Source of the DNA: Anthoceros angustus
Lineage: Eukaryota; Plantae; Anthocerotophyta
Length of the DNA: 64,000 bases
Assembly: GCA_010909165.1 (NCBI GenBank)
Contig: MU008183.1
Location: 372,001-436,000 of the forward strand
Direction: 5' to 3'
Part shown: one piece after another, positions 53,317 to 64,000 of the stretch
How positions within the stretch are numbered: the stretch's first letter is position 1
Layout of the letters: each line of letters opens with the position of its first letter
Notes under the pieces: model-generated
Databases searched by the model: none
The model's input: the letters and a program-made list of their open reading frames with translations, nothing else
What the model was told of the DNA's origin: nothing
Made by a program: the position numbers and the translations under genes

Positions 53317-56300
53317 ATGAACATTTTCTATAAGCCAGCTTGGGTGGATTTGCAGCTTGCTGCTCTGGATGTGGAGATGGATGGATTGAGCTTGCCTGCG
53401 GGGTACGAAAGGATGGTGGTAACGGCTGAAACCGTGAGCGTGCTATGTAGTCAGGGCCATCTCGGTGAGGCTGTTGAGGCTCTGGGAGTTCTGGTGCAGA
53501 CGGAGGGCTGTGTCTCCCCGTCTTTGTTTTACGCAATTTTGAAGAGATGTGTGGGCAAGAGGGATGTTGTTTTGGGTCGTCGTGTTCATGCTTTCACGCT
53601 GAAAACTGGGTACGAGTCGGATACGCTCCTGGGCAATCACATTGTGCGGCTGTATGCTTCTCATGGCAGGCTGCAGGAAGTGATGGATGTGTTTGCAGTG
53701 GTCGCCAATCCAGATGCTTTCATGTGGTCGTCGTTGATCTCTGCTCATGCCAAACACGGGCAACACAAGCAGGCCATGCAGTTGTATCATAGGATGCGGG
53801 GATCGAGTGTGAAGCCAGATGGGCATGTGTTTGTGGCAGCTCTTCGGGCTTGTGCAAGGGGACGTGACTTGGAAGCTGGGAAGCAGGTGCATGGTCATGT
53901 GTTGGCTACTGGCGTTGAGCCTGATGTGTTCGTTGGTAGTTGCTTGGTGGACATGTATGCAAAGTGTGGCAGCTTGGGAGATGCTCGAAGAGTGTTTGAC
54001 GGACTTGCTCACAAAAATGTGGTCACCTGGACTTCTCTGATTGCAGGATATGCCCAGCAGGGGATGGGGAAGGAAGCCCTTCGTCTCTACAGGGCTATGC
54101 AAGAAGAAGGCATGGCTGTACCCAATGCCGTGACATTTGTGTGCCTCCTGCAGGCATGTGCACGTGTCGGCATCCCCGCGTTGAAGATGGGAAAGGAGCT
54201 TCATACACAAATTAGAGAACAAGGTGGTCAAGATGATGAGTTTGTAGCCAACAGTCTGGTGAACATGTATGCAAAGTGTGGCAGTTTGGAAGACGCACAA
54301 AGAGTGTTTGACGGGCTTGGTCGGAAAGATGTAGTGACTTGGAATGCTATGCTAGCTGGGTTTTCCCAACATGGCATGGGCCCAGAAGCCCTTCGTCTTT
54401 ACAGTGCCATGCAGGAAGACGGCACTGCTGTTGTACCTGATTCAGTGACGTTTGTGTCCCTCCTGCAGGCATGTGCAAGCGTGGGGAGCCGGGCTTTGGA
54501 GAAGGGGAAGCAATTTCATGCGCAAATTAGAGAACGAGGTCATCAAGACGATGTGGTTGTTGTCAACAGTTTGGTAAACATGTATGCAAAGTGTGGGAGC
54601 CTAGAGGATGCTCAGTCTGTGTTTGACGGGCTTGGTCAGAAGAATGTGGTGACGTGGAATGCCATGATAGCGGGGTATGCACAGCAGGGCATGGGCCAGG
54701 AAGCCCTTCGTCTCTACCGCTCTATGCAAGAAGAAGGTGTTGCTGTGCCGGATTCTGTCACATTTGTGTCCCTCCTGCAGGCATGTGCAAGTGTGGGCAA
54801 GCCAGCTTTGGACATGGGGAAGCAGCTTCATGCGCAAATCCAAAAATGGCAACATCAACCTGATGTGTTTGTGGGAAACAGTTTGGTGAACATGTATGCA
54901 AAGTGCGGGAGTCTAGAGGCTGCTCAGAGTGTGTTTGACGGACTTAGTAAAAAAAATGTTGTGACATGGAATGCCATGATAGCTGGGTATTCCCAGCAGG
55001 GCATGGGCCAGGAAGCCTTTCGCCTCTACAGAGCCATGCAAGACGAAGGTGTTGCTGTACCAGATTCGGTGACATTTGTCTGCCTCCTGCAGGCATGTGC
55101 CAGTCTGGGCACTCCAGCTTTGGAGATGGGGAAGCAGCTTCATGCAGAAATCCAAAAATGGCAACATCAACCTGATGTGTTTGTGGGAAACAGTTTGGTG
55201 AACATGTATGCAAAGTGCGGGAGTCTAGAGGCTGCTCAGAGTGTGTTTGATGGACTTGGAAAAAAGGATGTAGTGACATGGAATGCCATGATAGCTGGGT
55301 ATTCCCAGCAGGGCATGGGCCAGGAAGCCTTTCGCCTCTACAGAGCCATGCAAGACGAAGGTGTTGCTGTACCAGATTCGGTGACATTTGTCTGCCTCCT
55401 GCAGGCATGTGCCAGTCTGGGCACTCCAGCTTTGGAGATGGGAAAGCAGCTTCATGCACAAATTAGAGAACGAGGACATCAAGCTGATGTATTTGTTGGC
55501 AACAGTCTGGTAAACATGTATGCAAAGTGCGGGAGCCTGGAGGATGCTCAGAAACTTTTTGATGGCCTTGGCCAAAAAAATGTGGTGACGTGGAACGCCA
55601 TGATAGCAGGGTTTTCTCAGCAGGGCATGGGGCAGGGAGCCCTTCGTCTTTATAGTGCTATGCAAGCAGAAGGCATCAATGTACCCAATTCTGTGACATT
55701 TGTGTCCCTCTTGCAGGCGTGCGCAAGTGTGGGCACCCCCGCTTTGGAGATGGGCAAGCAGCTTCATGGTCAAATTAAAGAACAAGGGCATCAAGCTGAT
55801 GCCTTTGTAGCCAACAGTCTGCTAAACATGTATGCAAAGTGTGGCAGTCTAGAAGAGGCTCAGAGAGTATTTGATGGGCTTTGTAAAAAGGATGTAGTGA
55901 TGTGGAATGCCATGATAGCAGGATATTCCAAGCAGGGCATGGGCCAGGAAGCTCTGCATCTTTACAGTGCCATGCAAGAAGAAGGCATCGCTGTACCTGA
56001 TGCCGTGACGTTTGTGTGCCTCCTTCAAGCATGTGCGAGTGTGGGCACCCCAGCTTTAGAGATAGGGAAGCACATCCATAAACAAATTAGGGAACTGCGA
56101 CATGAAGCTGATGTGTTTGTAGGTAACAGTCTGGTAAACATGTATGCGAAGTGCGGCAGCTGGGAGGATGCACAAAGAGTGTTTGATAGGCTTGGTGAGA
56201 AAAATGTGGTGACATGGAATGCCATGATAGCAGGTTTTTCCCAACAGGGCATGGGCCAGGAGGGCCTTCGCCTATACAGTGCCATGCAAGAAGAAGGCAT

Positions 56301-57432
56301 TGCTCAACCCAATTCCGTGACATATGTGTGCGTCCTGCAGGCATGTTCATGTGTAGGCACCCCAGCTTTGGAGACAGGAAAGGAGATTCATGCTCAAATT
56401 AGAGAAGACGGACATCAAGCTGATGTGTTTGTTGCCAACAGCTTGGTCAAAATGTATGCAAAGTGTGGCAGCCTGGAAGATGCCCAGAGAGTGTTTGAGG
56501 GGCTTGGTCAGAAAGATTTGGCAACGTGGAATGCCATGATCGCAGGATATTCTCAGCAGGGGATGGGACAGGAAGCCCTTCGTCTTCACAGTGCTATGCA
56601 AGAGGAAGGCATCACTGTACCCAATGCCATGACTTTTGTGAGCCTCCTGCAGGCATGTGCAAACCTGGCAGCTTTTCATCTGGGAAAGCAGCTACATGCG
56701 CAGATTGAAGAACAAGGACTGCAAACTGATGTGTTTGTAGCCGGCAGTTTGATAAATATGTATGGAAAGTGCGGGAGCATGATGGATGCACGGGAGGTGT
56801 TCGATGCATTACCTGAAAGAGACGTTGTAGTCTGGAGTGCACTGATTGCGGGCTATACCTGTCAAGGAGACAGTAAAGTGGTCTTTGATATGTTCCGGAG
56901 AATGAGAGAAGATGGCATACAGCCTGTCGGCGTCACATTCCTCAGTGTTCTAACAGTATGCAGTCACGCAGGTTTAGTAGACAAGGGGAAAGAGTACTTT
57001 GAGGCCATGAGCAAGGAGTACGGCATCGCTCCCACGGTAGAGCACTACACATGCATGGTGGGTCTCCTGGGTCGTTCAGGCCGACTGGATGAGGCACTAG
57101 CTTTTGTAAAGACACTGCCTCGACTGCCTAATGCTTCAGTTTGGCACACTCTCTTGGGTGCTTGTCAAAAGTGGAGCAACGTGGAGGTCGGACTCCATGC
57201 CTTCGATGAGGCATTGAAGCTAGACAGCAAAGATACGGCAGCCTATGTGTTGATGTCCAACATATACACCGGTGCCCAGATGTGGGAGCAGGCACAGAAA
57301 ATGCAGGTGACGAGATTGAGACTTGGGGCATGGAAGCAGCCAGGTCAGAGCTGGTGGACAGATACGGACGGGCTGGTGCATAGTTTTCTGGTCTCACAAG
57401 AGACAGGGAAGGCTGAAACAGGTGTTCTATAG
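53317..57432 (+). CDS. PLS-class pentatricopeptide repeat protein with E1/E2 and a PG(WW)-box, truncated before DYW; start uncertain (the ORF is open from 52936)
   Basis: About 11 P-L-S triplets (VVTWNAMIAGY.., VTFVxLLQACA.., VFVxNSLVNMYAKCGS..), P2-L2-S2, E domains (VWHTLLGAC, AAYVLMSNIY) and KQPGQSWWTDTDGLVHSF. Confidence 0.93.
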   Translation: MNIFYKPAWVDLQLAALDVEMDGLSLPAGYERMVVTAETVSVLCSQGHLGEAVEALGVLVQTEGCVSPSLFYAILKRCVGKRDVVLGRRVHAFTLKTGYESDTLLGNHIVRLYASHGRLQEVMDVFAVVANPDAFMWSSLISAHAKHGQHKQAMQLYHRMRGSSVKPDGHVFVAALRACARGRDLEAGKQVHGHVLATGVEPDVFVGSCLVDMYAKCGSLGDARRVFDGLAHKNVVTWTSLIAGYAQQGMGKEALRLYRAMQEEGMAVPNAVTFVCLLQACARVGIPALKMGKELHTQIREQGGQDDEFVANSLVNMYAKCGSLEDAQRVFDGLGRKDVVTWNAMLAGFSQHGMGPEALRLYSAMQEDGTAVVPDSVTFVSLLQACASVGSRALEKGKQFHAQIRERGHQDDVVVVNSLVNMYAKCGSLEDAQSVFDGLGQKNVVTWNAMIAGYAQQGMGQEALRLYRSMQEEGVAVPDSVTFVSLLQACASVGKPALDMGKQLHAQIQKWQHQPDVFVGNSLVNMYAKCGSLEAAQSVFDGLSKKNVVTWNAMIAGYSQQGMGQEAFRLYRAMQDEGVAVPDSVTFVCLLQACASLGTPALEMGKQLHAEIQKWQHQPDVFVGNSLVNMYAKCGSLEAAQSVFDGLGKKDVVTWNAMIAGYSQQGMGQEAFRLYRAMQDEGVAVPDSVTFVCLLQACASLGTPALEMGKQLHAQIRERGHQADVFVGNSLVNMYAKCGSLEDAQKLFDGLGQKNVVTWNAMIAGFSQQGMGQGALRLYSAMQAEGINVPNSVTFVSLLQACASVGTPALEMGKQLHGQIKEQGHQADAFVANSLLNMYAKCGSLEEAQRVFDGLCKKDVVMWNAMIAGYSKQGMGQEALHLYSAMQEEGIAVPDAVTFVCLLQACASVGTPALEIGKHIHKQIRELRHEADVFVGNSLVNMYAKCGSWEDAQRVFDRLGEKNVVTWNAMIAGFSQQGMGQEGLRLYSAMQEEGIAQPNSVTYVCVLQACSCVGTPALETGKEIHAQIREDGHQADVFVANSLVKMYAKCGSLEDAQRVFEGLGQKDLATWNAMIAGYSQQGMGQEALRLHSAMQEEGITVPNAMTFVSLLQACANLAAFHLGKQLHAQIEEQGLQTDVFVAGSLINMYGKCGSMMDAREVFDALPERDVVVWSALIAGYTCQGDSKVVFDMFRRMREDGIQPVGVTFLSVLTVCSHAGLVDKGKEYFEAMSKEYGIAPTVEHYTCMVGLLGRSGRLDEALAFVKTLPRLPNASVWHTLLGACQKWSNVEVGLHAFDEALKLDSKDTAAYVLMSNIYTGAQMWEQAQKMQVTRLRLGAWKQPGQSWWTDTDGLVHSFLVSQETGKAETGVL

Positions 57433-57998
57433 CAGGCGTGAGCAGGAATCTGAAAGGGGAAACGGGGGAAGCTGCGTATCGCATATGCACCAGCCCGTCA
57501 GTACTGCCCACCCCTACCCTATCTTTTCATCAAATGTGCCCTGTGGGCTTAGGGGGAAGCTGTGTATTGCGTATGCTCGTCCCAGGGAAATTGTCAAACA
57601 AATGCATTCGGATCACTAGAGGTCATCTGCAAGGGTTTCTTAAGGGCAAGCAGTAGGATGCAAGGCGCACAAAGGTTCTTTTACCAAGTCTGAGGTCCGT
57701 TTCTTGCATGCCACCATTGGCAGACCAAGTAAAATTACAAGTGGAAGAGGAAGGTGCGATTGTAAGGGTTTGAAAACTGTACGAACAACCCCAAAGAATG
57801 CCCTCACAGCCTAGAAGGAGACTAATCTGATATAGAGAAACTATCAGAGACATTCCTGGTGAGACAAACTTCCTTCCAGTCCACATTTAAATCTTCCTGC
57901 TATTCAGCGCTTTCATGGCCAATTTGACCCACTTTACAAAATGAGACTCCATCAGGTAGTATACAGACAGGGGTGATACACGAAGCGTTTCACACCTT

Positions 57999-59447
57999 CT
58001 AAGGAAATGCAGAAACCAAGCCAAGTGCTTCCTCTGCCACTCGCACAGTGTCACTCCCCCCAGTTGTAACATAAATCTCCAACAGCTTTCTTCTCTGCTC
58101 TTCAGGTAAGTACGAGGTAAGTCCACGCGCCACAAGTTCGATCTCAGGGGAGTTCCGCTCAGGCGGAAAGCTTGAGTGCAGCCTGACAAGCTTCAAGAGC
58201 TCCTGCTCACACTCGACCATGGATCTCTGCTTCAAGAGAGCCCAAGCCTGAAGAAAACCAGAACGAGTCCGTGCAGCCACTGCAGCATCCACCATGGTTG
58301 CAGCTCTCTTGGCATCCAATCCTGTATGCCCAGCCAACCCTGCAAGAAACTTGGCAGCATCCTCATTCCCTAGTTCCAAGAGAGACAAGCCAGTTCCAAG
58401 CCTACTTGTGGCCGACAGCACATAGTTGACCGCAGTCCGATAGAAAGAATCCCGGGAGTTTGTTGTATCAAATGTCACTGTGGCTCCAGAGTCTCGACAC
58501 AGCCGACGGAGTTCAAGAATGTCTTCCTCCATGAAATCTTGCCCGCCTATCCTCTTCTTGATCATGGCTTGGACAAGCCTCTGAGCCTGCATGCGCGCCT
58601 CATTCCGGCGAAGGCCTATTGGCAGCACTGGCGGGCCATCAGCACCCGGCCACCATCCTGGCAGCTGACTTTCCTGCCGCTTCACTTGCACTTGAGCTCT
58701 TCGAGGCCTGGTCATATCCTTCTCAGACCGGGACACACTCACCCCGTCCAACGGGCTCCGAGTCCGGATCGTCACCTCTCTTCCTCCCAGGCTTCTATCA
58801 CGGACCACACTCGGGGAGGATCTGGACCATCCGCTGCCTTCCTCCCATCCCCACCTATACCTTCTTGCCGCCTTCAGAAAGATCCTTCCCAGCACAACCA
58901 CAAAGACAGACCAGAAGACAGCCCGGACTCCAAATGCAAGACTGGATTTCCTTAGAGCAACCACGACACGGGCATTATCCTGCACAGCCACACTGCTCCG
59001 CAAGTCCCTCAGCAACTGGACCCCATCTTCAGCAAACCCATGCCCAGCATCCACAAGTTTCTTGGCAGAAGCTTGAAGCAGTCTCTTAGCATCATGCCCG
59101 GCCCTCCACACACGTTCCCTCATCTGCTCAATGTCGATTGTTATCACCACCTTCTCATCAGCCTTGTCCTGCCCCGTCGTCCTCTCGTATTTCCTGTCCT
59201 CTTCCCTTTTCGAAAACAGCCTGAACCCTTGCACATCCTCAGCTCTTCTCCTATTGTGCCTCCTCCCAGAAAGGCTCCTAGCACTACCCACTTTTCTGGC
59301 CCGTTGCTCCTGGTCATCATCTCGTCTGACCTTTTGCAAGAAAGGCAGCCTGGCCACACCCCCTCCCAGGAACTGCTCATCCACTCTTAACCGCTCAATG
59401 CTCACAACCTTTGATGGCACCAAGGAGGTGCTCAATCCAGCCATCAC
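57999..59447 (-). CDS. Conserved uncharacterised plant protein with one TM helix, probably plastid-targeted
   Basis: 482-aa ORF with VRDRSLGGREV, LPGWWP, RDSFYR, AAVAARTRS.FLQAWAL and FPPE..SPEIELVARGL motifs recalled from a conserved green-plant family. Confidence 0.8.
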   Translation of the reverse strand: MMAGLSTSLVPSKVVSIERLRVDEQFLGGGVARLPFLQKVRRDDDQEQRARKVGSARSLSGRRHNRRRAEDVQGFRLFSKREEDRKYERTTGQDKADEKVVITIDIEQMRERVWRAGHDAKRLLQASAKKLVDAGHGFAEDGVQLLRDLRSSVAVQDNARVVVALRKSSLAFGVRAVFWSVFVVVLGRIFLKAARRYRWGWEEGSGWSRSSPSVVRDRSLGGREVTIRTRSPLDGVSVSRSEKDMTRPRRAQVQVKRQESQLPGWWPGADGPPVLPIGLRRNEARMQAQRLVQAMIKKRIGGQDFMEEDILELRRLCRDSGATVTFDTTNSRDSFYRTAVNYVLSATSRLGTGLSLLELGNEDAAKFLAGLAGHTGLDAKRAATMVDAAVAARTRSGFLQAWALLKQRSMVECEQELLKLVRLHSSFPPERNSPEIELVARGLTSYLPEEQRRKLLEIYVTTGGSDTVRVAEEALGLVSAFP

Positions 59448-60111
59448 AGCCTCTCCTCCATGAGCTCCACTTCCCAGGTTTACAACACCGACCAGTGCGG
59501 TAACATGGAAACCCTAGGACCAAGGCTGCTCACAGAAAACCAAGAAGACTCTCCCAGCATTCAAAGAACATTGTGCAGTTCTCCTTTCTGCAACAACCTC
59601 GTCAGGTGAGGTCGAATTTCCTTAGAGCTTGCAGCCTACCATCACTGTCCCTCGCCGGTATGTCAACATTGCAGAAACATACAGCAGCTGTATTGAAGGG
59701 GAAGACTGCTATAAACTGCTGCCATCATACAAACATTTTGTCGGAAGCTGCCCATCATCCTCGTTCACTACACCTTAAATACGGCCAGATGCAAGAATCA
59801 AACAACAACGTTGTTAGCTTCTAGCATCTTCCCCACGTTTCTTACTACCAATACGTACCTAGTATTGTTTCTCGGTAGCCTTTGTTATACCTACGTACTA
59901 CCTACCATTCAGCCCTTAGTAGTGAATGGTACTACGTATGTATAACAAAAGCCCAAGAGGGAGCAAGTGGACGCTAAGCTGAGCAAGTAAGCAAAGGGTA
60001 AGTCCACTGCAAGTTTGACTTTTTTTTAATAGGGGGTATTTATTTTTCACTTACTCTATATGACAACATATGATAATAAACAAGCAAGCCCAGTAGGGTC
60101 TTACAACAGCA

Positions 60112-62318
60112 AGGCATTGTAGGCAGATAGCATATGTCAGGTGGTGGCCTCTTGGGGTGAGGTAGTAGAGATCATATATCAGCATTTTTTTGGCAGTTGA
60201 GCTTTGTCTGCTTCTGCTTTGGCCTCCCGCTTCTTGCTTCAAGGCAAGCCCTTTTTGAAGGACTTTGTATCAAAAGTTGAGGAGGGAATCTTCCTTCTTC
60301 AAGTGTCCTTGAGGCAAGCCAAGAATATGTTATCAATGGAAACAAGGCAGCTCTTCTTTCCATTCATGACCTTCCTCACTGATGGTTTTAAGGGGTTGGA
60401 GGCATCCTTGTTCGACAAACAACTCGATCAGGCATTCCAGCCCATTCTTTTGGACCCTTCTATTCCAAGGCTCACAAGAGCCTGTCTTCACTCTTGTTCT
60501 AGAAAGAGCGTAAGAGCTTGGCTGTTGGCTCGTCCATGCATACAACGATTTCACATCGCACCTACAACCTTCACTACAACGATGCGCTTCCGTCTAGAGT
60601 TGGTTCAGCCAGTGCCTTCCTCACTTCTTACTTGTGAATTCAATGTGGCTATGTTCTGGACGTATCTAAGATGCATCTTACTCGTTGCCCTCATGGAGGT
60701 CACTGTATTTGCCACCCATGATGCCATTCGTGACGTTATGTTTGCAATGGCTCGTAAAAGTGGTTATATGGATTGGAGCGCATTGGTATGTTCTACGTAC
60801 AGGTCGGACGGTCAAGGTCGACTTGAACCTCATCCAGGGTGACCAAGTCTTTGTGGCAGACATGGTAGTTTCTAACCCTAGGTTATCTAATCTGTCTTGG
60901 TTGGGCGGCAGCTGGAGCGAGGGCATCCAGGTTTCCTAAGTGTAGGAGATTGCAATCGGGCCACCTCTTCAACTTGCTTGCTTGGGAGACTTATGCGGCG
61001 TTGGCTTAAGACTTTGACAAATTCTATCAAGTTTTGTGCCAAAGCATACCATGCAAGGAGATATGGAGCGCGGCTAGCTCTATCCTATTTCACAGCGTTC
61101 TTTCCGTAGTGGGTATCCATTGCCCTCCAAAGGGCACTTGTAGGAACTATCTTACAGACAACAGCGACTAGTTCAATAATATGTAATTCATCCAATCTCT
61201 CTAATTATGCTATTGTAGGCATTGTGGCGGATAGCATATGTCGGTGGTGGCCTCTTGGGGTGAGGTAGTAGAGATCATATATCAGCATTTTTTGGCGGTT
61301 GAGCTTTATGCATACGCTTTGGCCTCCGCTTCTTGCTTCAAGGCAAGCCCTTTTGAAGGACTTTGTATCAAAAGTTGAGGAGGAATCTTCCTTCTTCAAG
61401 TGTCCTTGAGGCAAGCCAAGAATATGTTATCAATGGAAACAAGGCTCTTCTTTCCATTCATGACCTTCCTCATGATGGTTTTAAGGGGTTGGAGGCATCC
61501 TTGTTCGACAAACAACTCGATCGAGCATTCCAGCCCATTCTTTTGGACCCTTCTATTCCAAGGCTCACAAGAGCCTGTCTTCACTCTTGTTCTAGAAAGA
61601 GCGTAAGAGCTTGGCTGTTGGCTCGTCCATGCATACAACGATTTCACATCGCACCTACAACCTTCACTACAACGATGCGCTTCCGTCTAGAGTTGGTTCA
61701 GCCAGTGCCTTCCTCACTTCTTACTTGTGAATTCAATGTGGCTATGTTCTGGACGTATCTAAGATGCATCTTACTCGTTGCCCTCATGGAGGTCACTGTA
61801 TTTGCCACCCATGATGCCATTCGTGACGTTATGTTTGCAATGGCTCGTAAAAGTGGTTATATGGATTGGAGCGCATTGGTATGTTCTACGTACAGGTCGG
61901 ACGGTCAAGGTCGACTTGAACCTCATCCAGGGTGACCAAGTCTTTGTGGCAGACATGGTAGTTTCTAACCCTAGGTTATCTAATCTGTCTTGGTTGGGCG
62001 GCAGCTGGAGCGAGGGCATCCAGGTTTCCTAAGTGTAGGAGATTGCAATCGGGCCACCTCTTCAACTTGCTTGCTTGGGAGACTTATGCGGCGTTGGCTT
62101 AAGACTTTGACAAATTCTATCAAGTTTTGTGCCAAAGCATACCATGCAAGGAGATATGGAGCGCGGCTAGCTCTATCCTATTTCACAGCGTTCTTTCCGT
62201 AGTGGGTATCCATTGCCCTCCAAAGGGCACTTGTAGGAACTATCTTACAGACAACAGCGACTAGTTCAATAATATGTAATTCATCCAATCTCTCTAATTA
62301 TGCTATTGTAGGCATTGT
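60112..62318 (+). mobile_element. Two tandem copies (~1.1 kb each) of the degenerate 3' part of an RLE-type (CRE-like) non-LTR retrotransposon
   Basis: LHSCS..RAWLLARP..F.TTMRFRL, a CCHC-like knuckle (QCGYVLD..HLTRCPHGG..ATHDAIRD) and VADMVVSNP. Copies are 60112-61216 and 61217-62309, with AGGCATTGT at the junctions. Confidence 0.7.
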
Positions 62319-62323
62319 AGGTG

Positions 62324-62396
62324 ACTTTAGACATGAAGTTAGTTCTTTACAGTGTGACCCCAACACACTGTAAAGAACTAACTTCATGTCTAAAGT
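62324..62396. repeat. Perfect 33-bp inverted repeat with a 7-nt loop
   Basis: ACTTTAGACATGAAGTTAGTTCTTTACAGTGTG-ACCCCAA-CACACTGTAAAGAACTAACTTCATGTCTAAAGT. Confidence 0.95.
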
Positions 62397-63155
62397 AAAT
62401 AAACCTATATCAATGTTTGTCATTAATTATCATTAATTATACTATCTATAAATTTTGTTGGTTTCGATGAGTAATTATACTTACATTTTTTAAGAGATTT
62501 ATTACCACCTACATTGATATAGGTTTATTTGCAACTAGGTATAGGGAGAACGTGGACACTTCATAAATATGCAGAGATGGGAAGTCCCATTTGCATTGGG
62601 GTGATGGCGAACAACCCTTTAGAGTGCCCCATGCGAAAGGAGACTAGGCCCCCCAAATAACTATGTATAGGTAGATAGGTATATTAGATCATTAATAAAA
62701 AATATTAATATTGGTAACTAAGGCCAAAGAAAAAATATGATTGGATTGACATAAACTATTGCTCAAATTGTAAAGATGATAGCTTTCAATTTCACATTTG
62801 ATAGTCTTGACATAAGTGTTCAAATGATTGTGAAAGCATGTACGCAAACATTGTCCGATAAACGTGCTTGGCTCAAGTTGCTAACTTTTTTTAACATACG
62901 ACTCATGACAATGACATAAAGAATGATGAAACTCTTTGAGAACATTTTCCATTTTTCACTTAATTCCCCTGGTTGTGTGATTATTTTATAGTACAAGAAT
63001 ATTTATGTTGACATTCCTCCTGTTGTTGTATTGAAATCACATTGAATATACCAAAAGAGTATCTCATTTGAAATGTGCTAAGGTATATGTTAGACCAAAT
63101 TTTACCACATGGAGACAAAAAGTCTAGTATAATATCACTGGAAGCCTTGTATAAG

Positions 63156-63975
63156 TCATTTCATGTGTGAGTCACAAACAGTAAACACGCTTTCTGATAG
63201 TAAGAGTGGTAGTTTGTCTATATACACAAAAAGACGTCGTAGATTATCCCTTGCCAGAGTTACCACATCTTGCACGTCATCCATATCAGTGAAGAACCAT
63301 AGATCCCTAGAATTTACCCGTTTCAAACTATCTCTGCAAAATGGACAAGATTGTGATCTGGCATGCCTGCATATAGGTGCAATTTGAAACATGATTAAAA
63401 ATAACTCAATATACATTTGTTATATATATTTTATGCTAATAATCCAAGATCCCCAATGGTGTGCGATATTATTTTATACTTCAAAAATAAAAGCCTACTC
63501 CTCTAAAAATAGGTCTTAGAGTATTGAATATGAAAGTTCTTAACCACCATGTCATATTTTTATTGCTTACCATTCACGGTAGCATTTGATACACATAGCG
63601 TGATTACAATCTGGTAAAGCAATTTTGTTATTTGTTTCCATGCAAATGCCACATTCTTGTTCTCTTTCTAGATCAAGATCAGACATATGTCCTCTTTCTT
63701 CGTCGACCTTCTTTTTGTATCTTTCCAAACAAATTGCTTTCTGTTTAATATCTTCAAGTTCAGTTAAACCACCAGGTAATTGCTGCAAAGAAGGATAAAT
63801 ATAAGCTGCATCCAATAAGAACACTATATCAACATAAATTTAAGATCTTGTAACTTAAACTACATACAATATAGACCAGCTGAAAAAGCCTACAATGTAT
63901 TTTTACCATAGAATTCACGCAAACTGGCTTTTCTTTCGTGTGTTGACATGGTTGTTGTCCCATCAATATAAACCT
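63156..63975 (-). CDS. AIRP2: RING-HC E3 ubiquitin ligase AIRP2-like, 3' exons (gene continues beyond the window)
   Basis: RKASLREFY|..IYPSLQQL..EREQECGICMETNNKIALPDCNHAMCIKCYREW|HARSQSCPFCRDSLKRVNSRDLW..LRRLFVYIDKLPL. Confidence 0.88.
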
Positions 63976-64000
63976 TTCAAAACATGTTTCCATATTTTAA

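Noticed and set aside
52643-54300. 297-aa and 285-aa minus-strand ORFs opposite the PPR gene
   Set aside because: No recognisable domain, and they overlap a convincing gene on the other strand.

Overview
Gene-dense nuclear DNA from a land plant. The ~100-bp GT-AG introns, GC-rich coding sequence and very long PLS-class PPR gene suggest a bryophyte, most plausibly a hornwort (inference only). Contents in order: three MEE60-like 4-TM membrane protein genes; an unknown protein with a possible Tubby/LURP1-like C-terminus; an LHCB5 (CP26) gene carrying an in-frame 655-bp internal tandem duplication; a ketol-acid reductoisomerase pseudogene containing a pre-miRNA-like hairpin; a PIF/Harbinger remnant; a family of secreted PQQ-type beta-propeller (PVA-dehydrogenase-like) genes (4 apparently intact, 1 broken and partly inverted); an AT-rich RING-H2 gene and its pseudogene; NKAP; a lysine methyltransferase; MOG1 head-to-head with a ureide permease; a TTI2-like gene; an FBL3-like F-box/LRR gene; a PLS-E PPR gene with a decayed DYW:WW-type tail; a conserved plastid-type unknown; a tandemly duplicated RLE non-LTR retroelement fragment followed by two inverted repeats; and the 3' part of an AIRP2-like RING E3 ligase. 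The most interesting candidates are the predicted five-helix CP26, the loop-diversified secreted PQQ-propeller cluster and the KARI-derived hairpin. All family calls come from recalled motifs, not from database searches.
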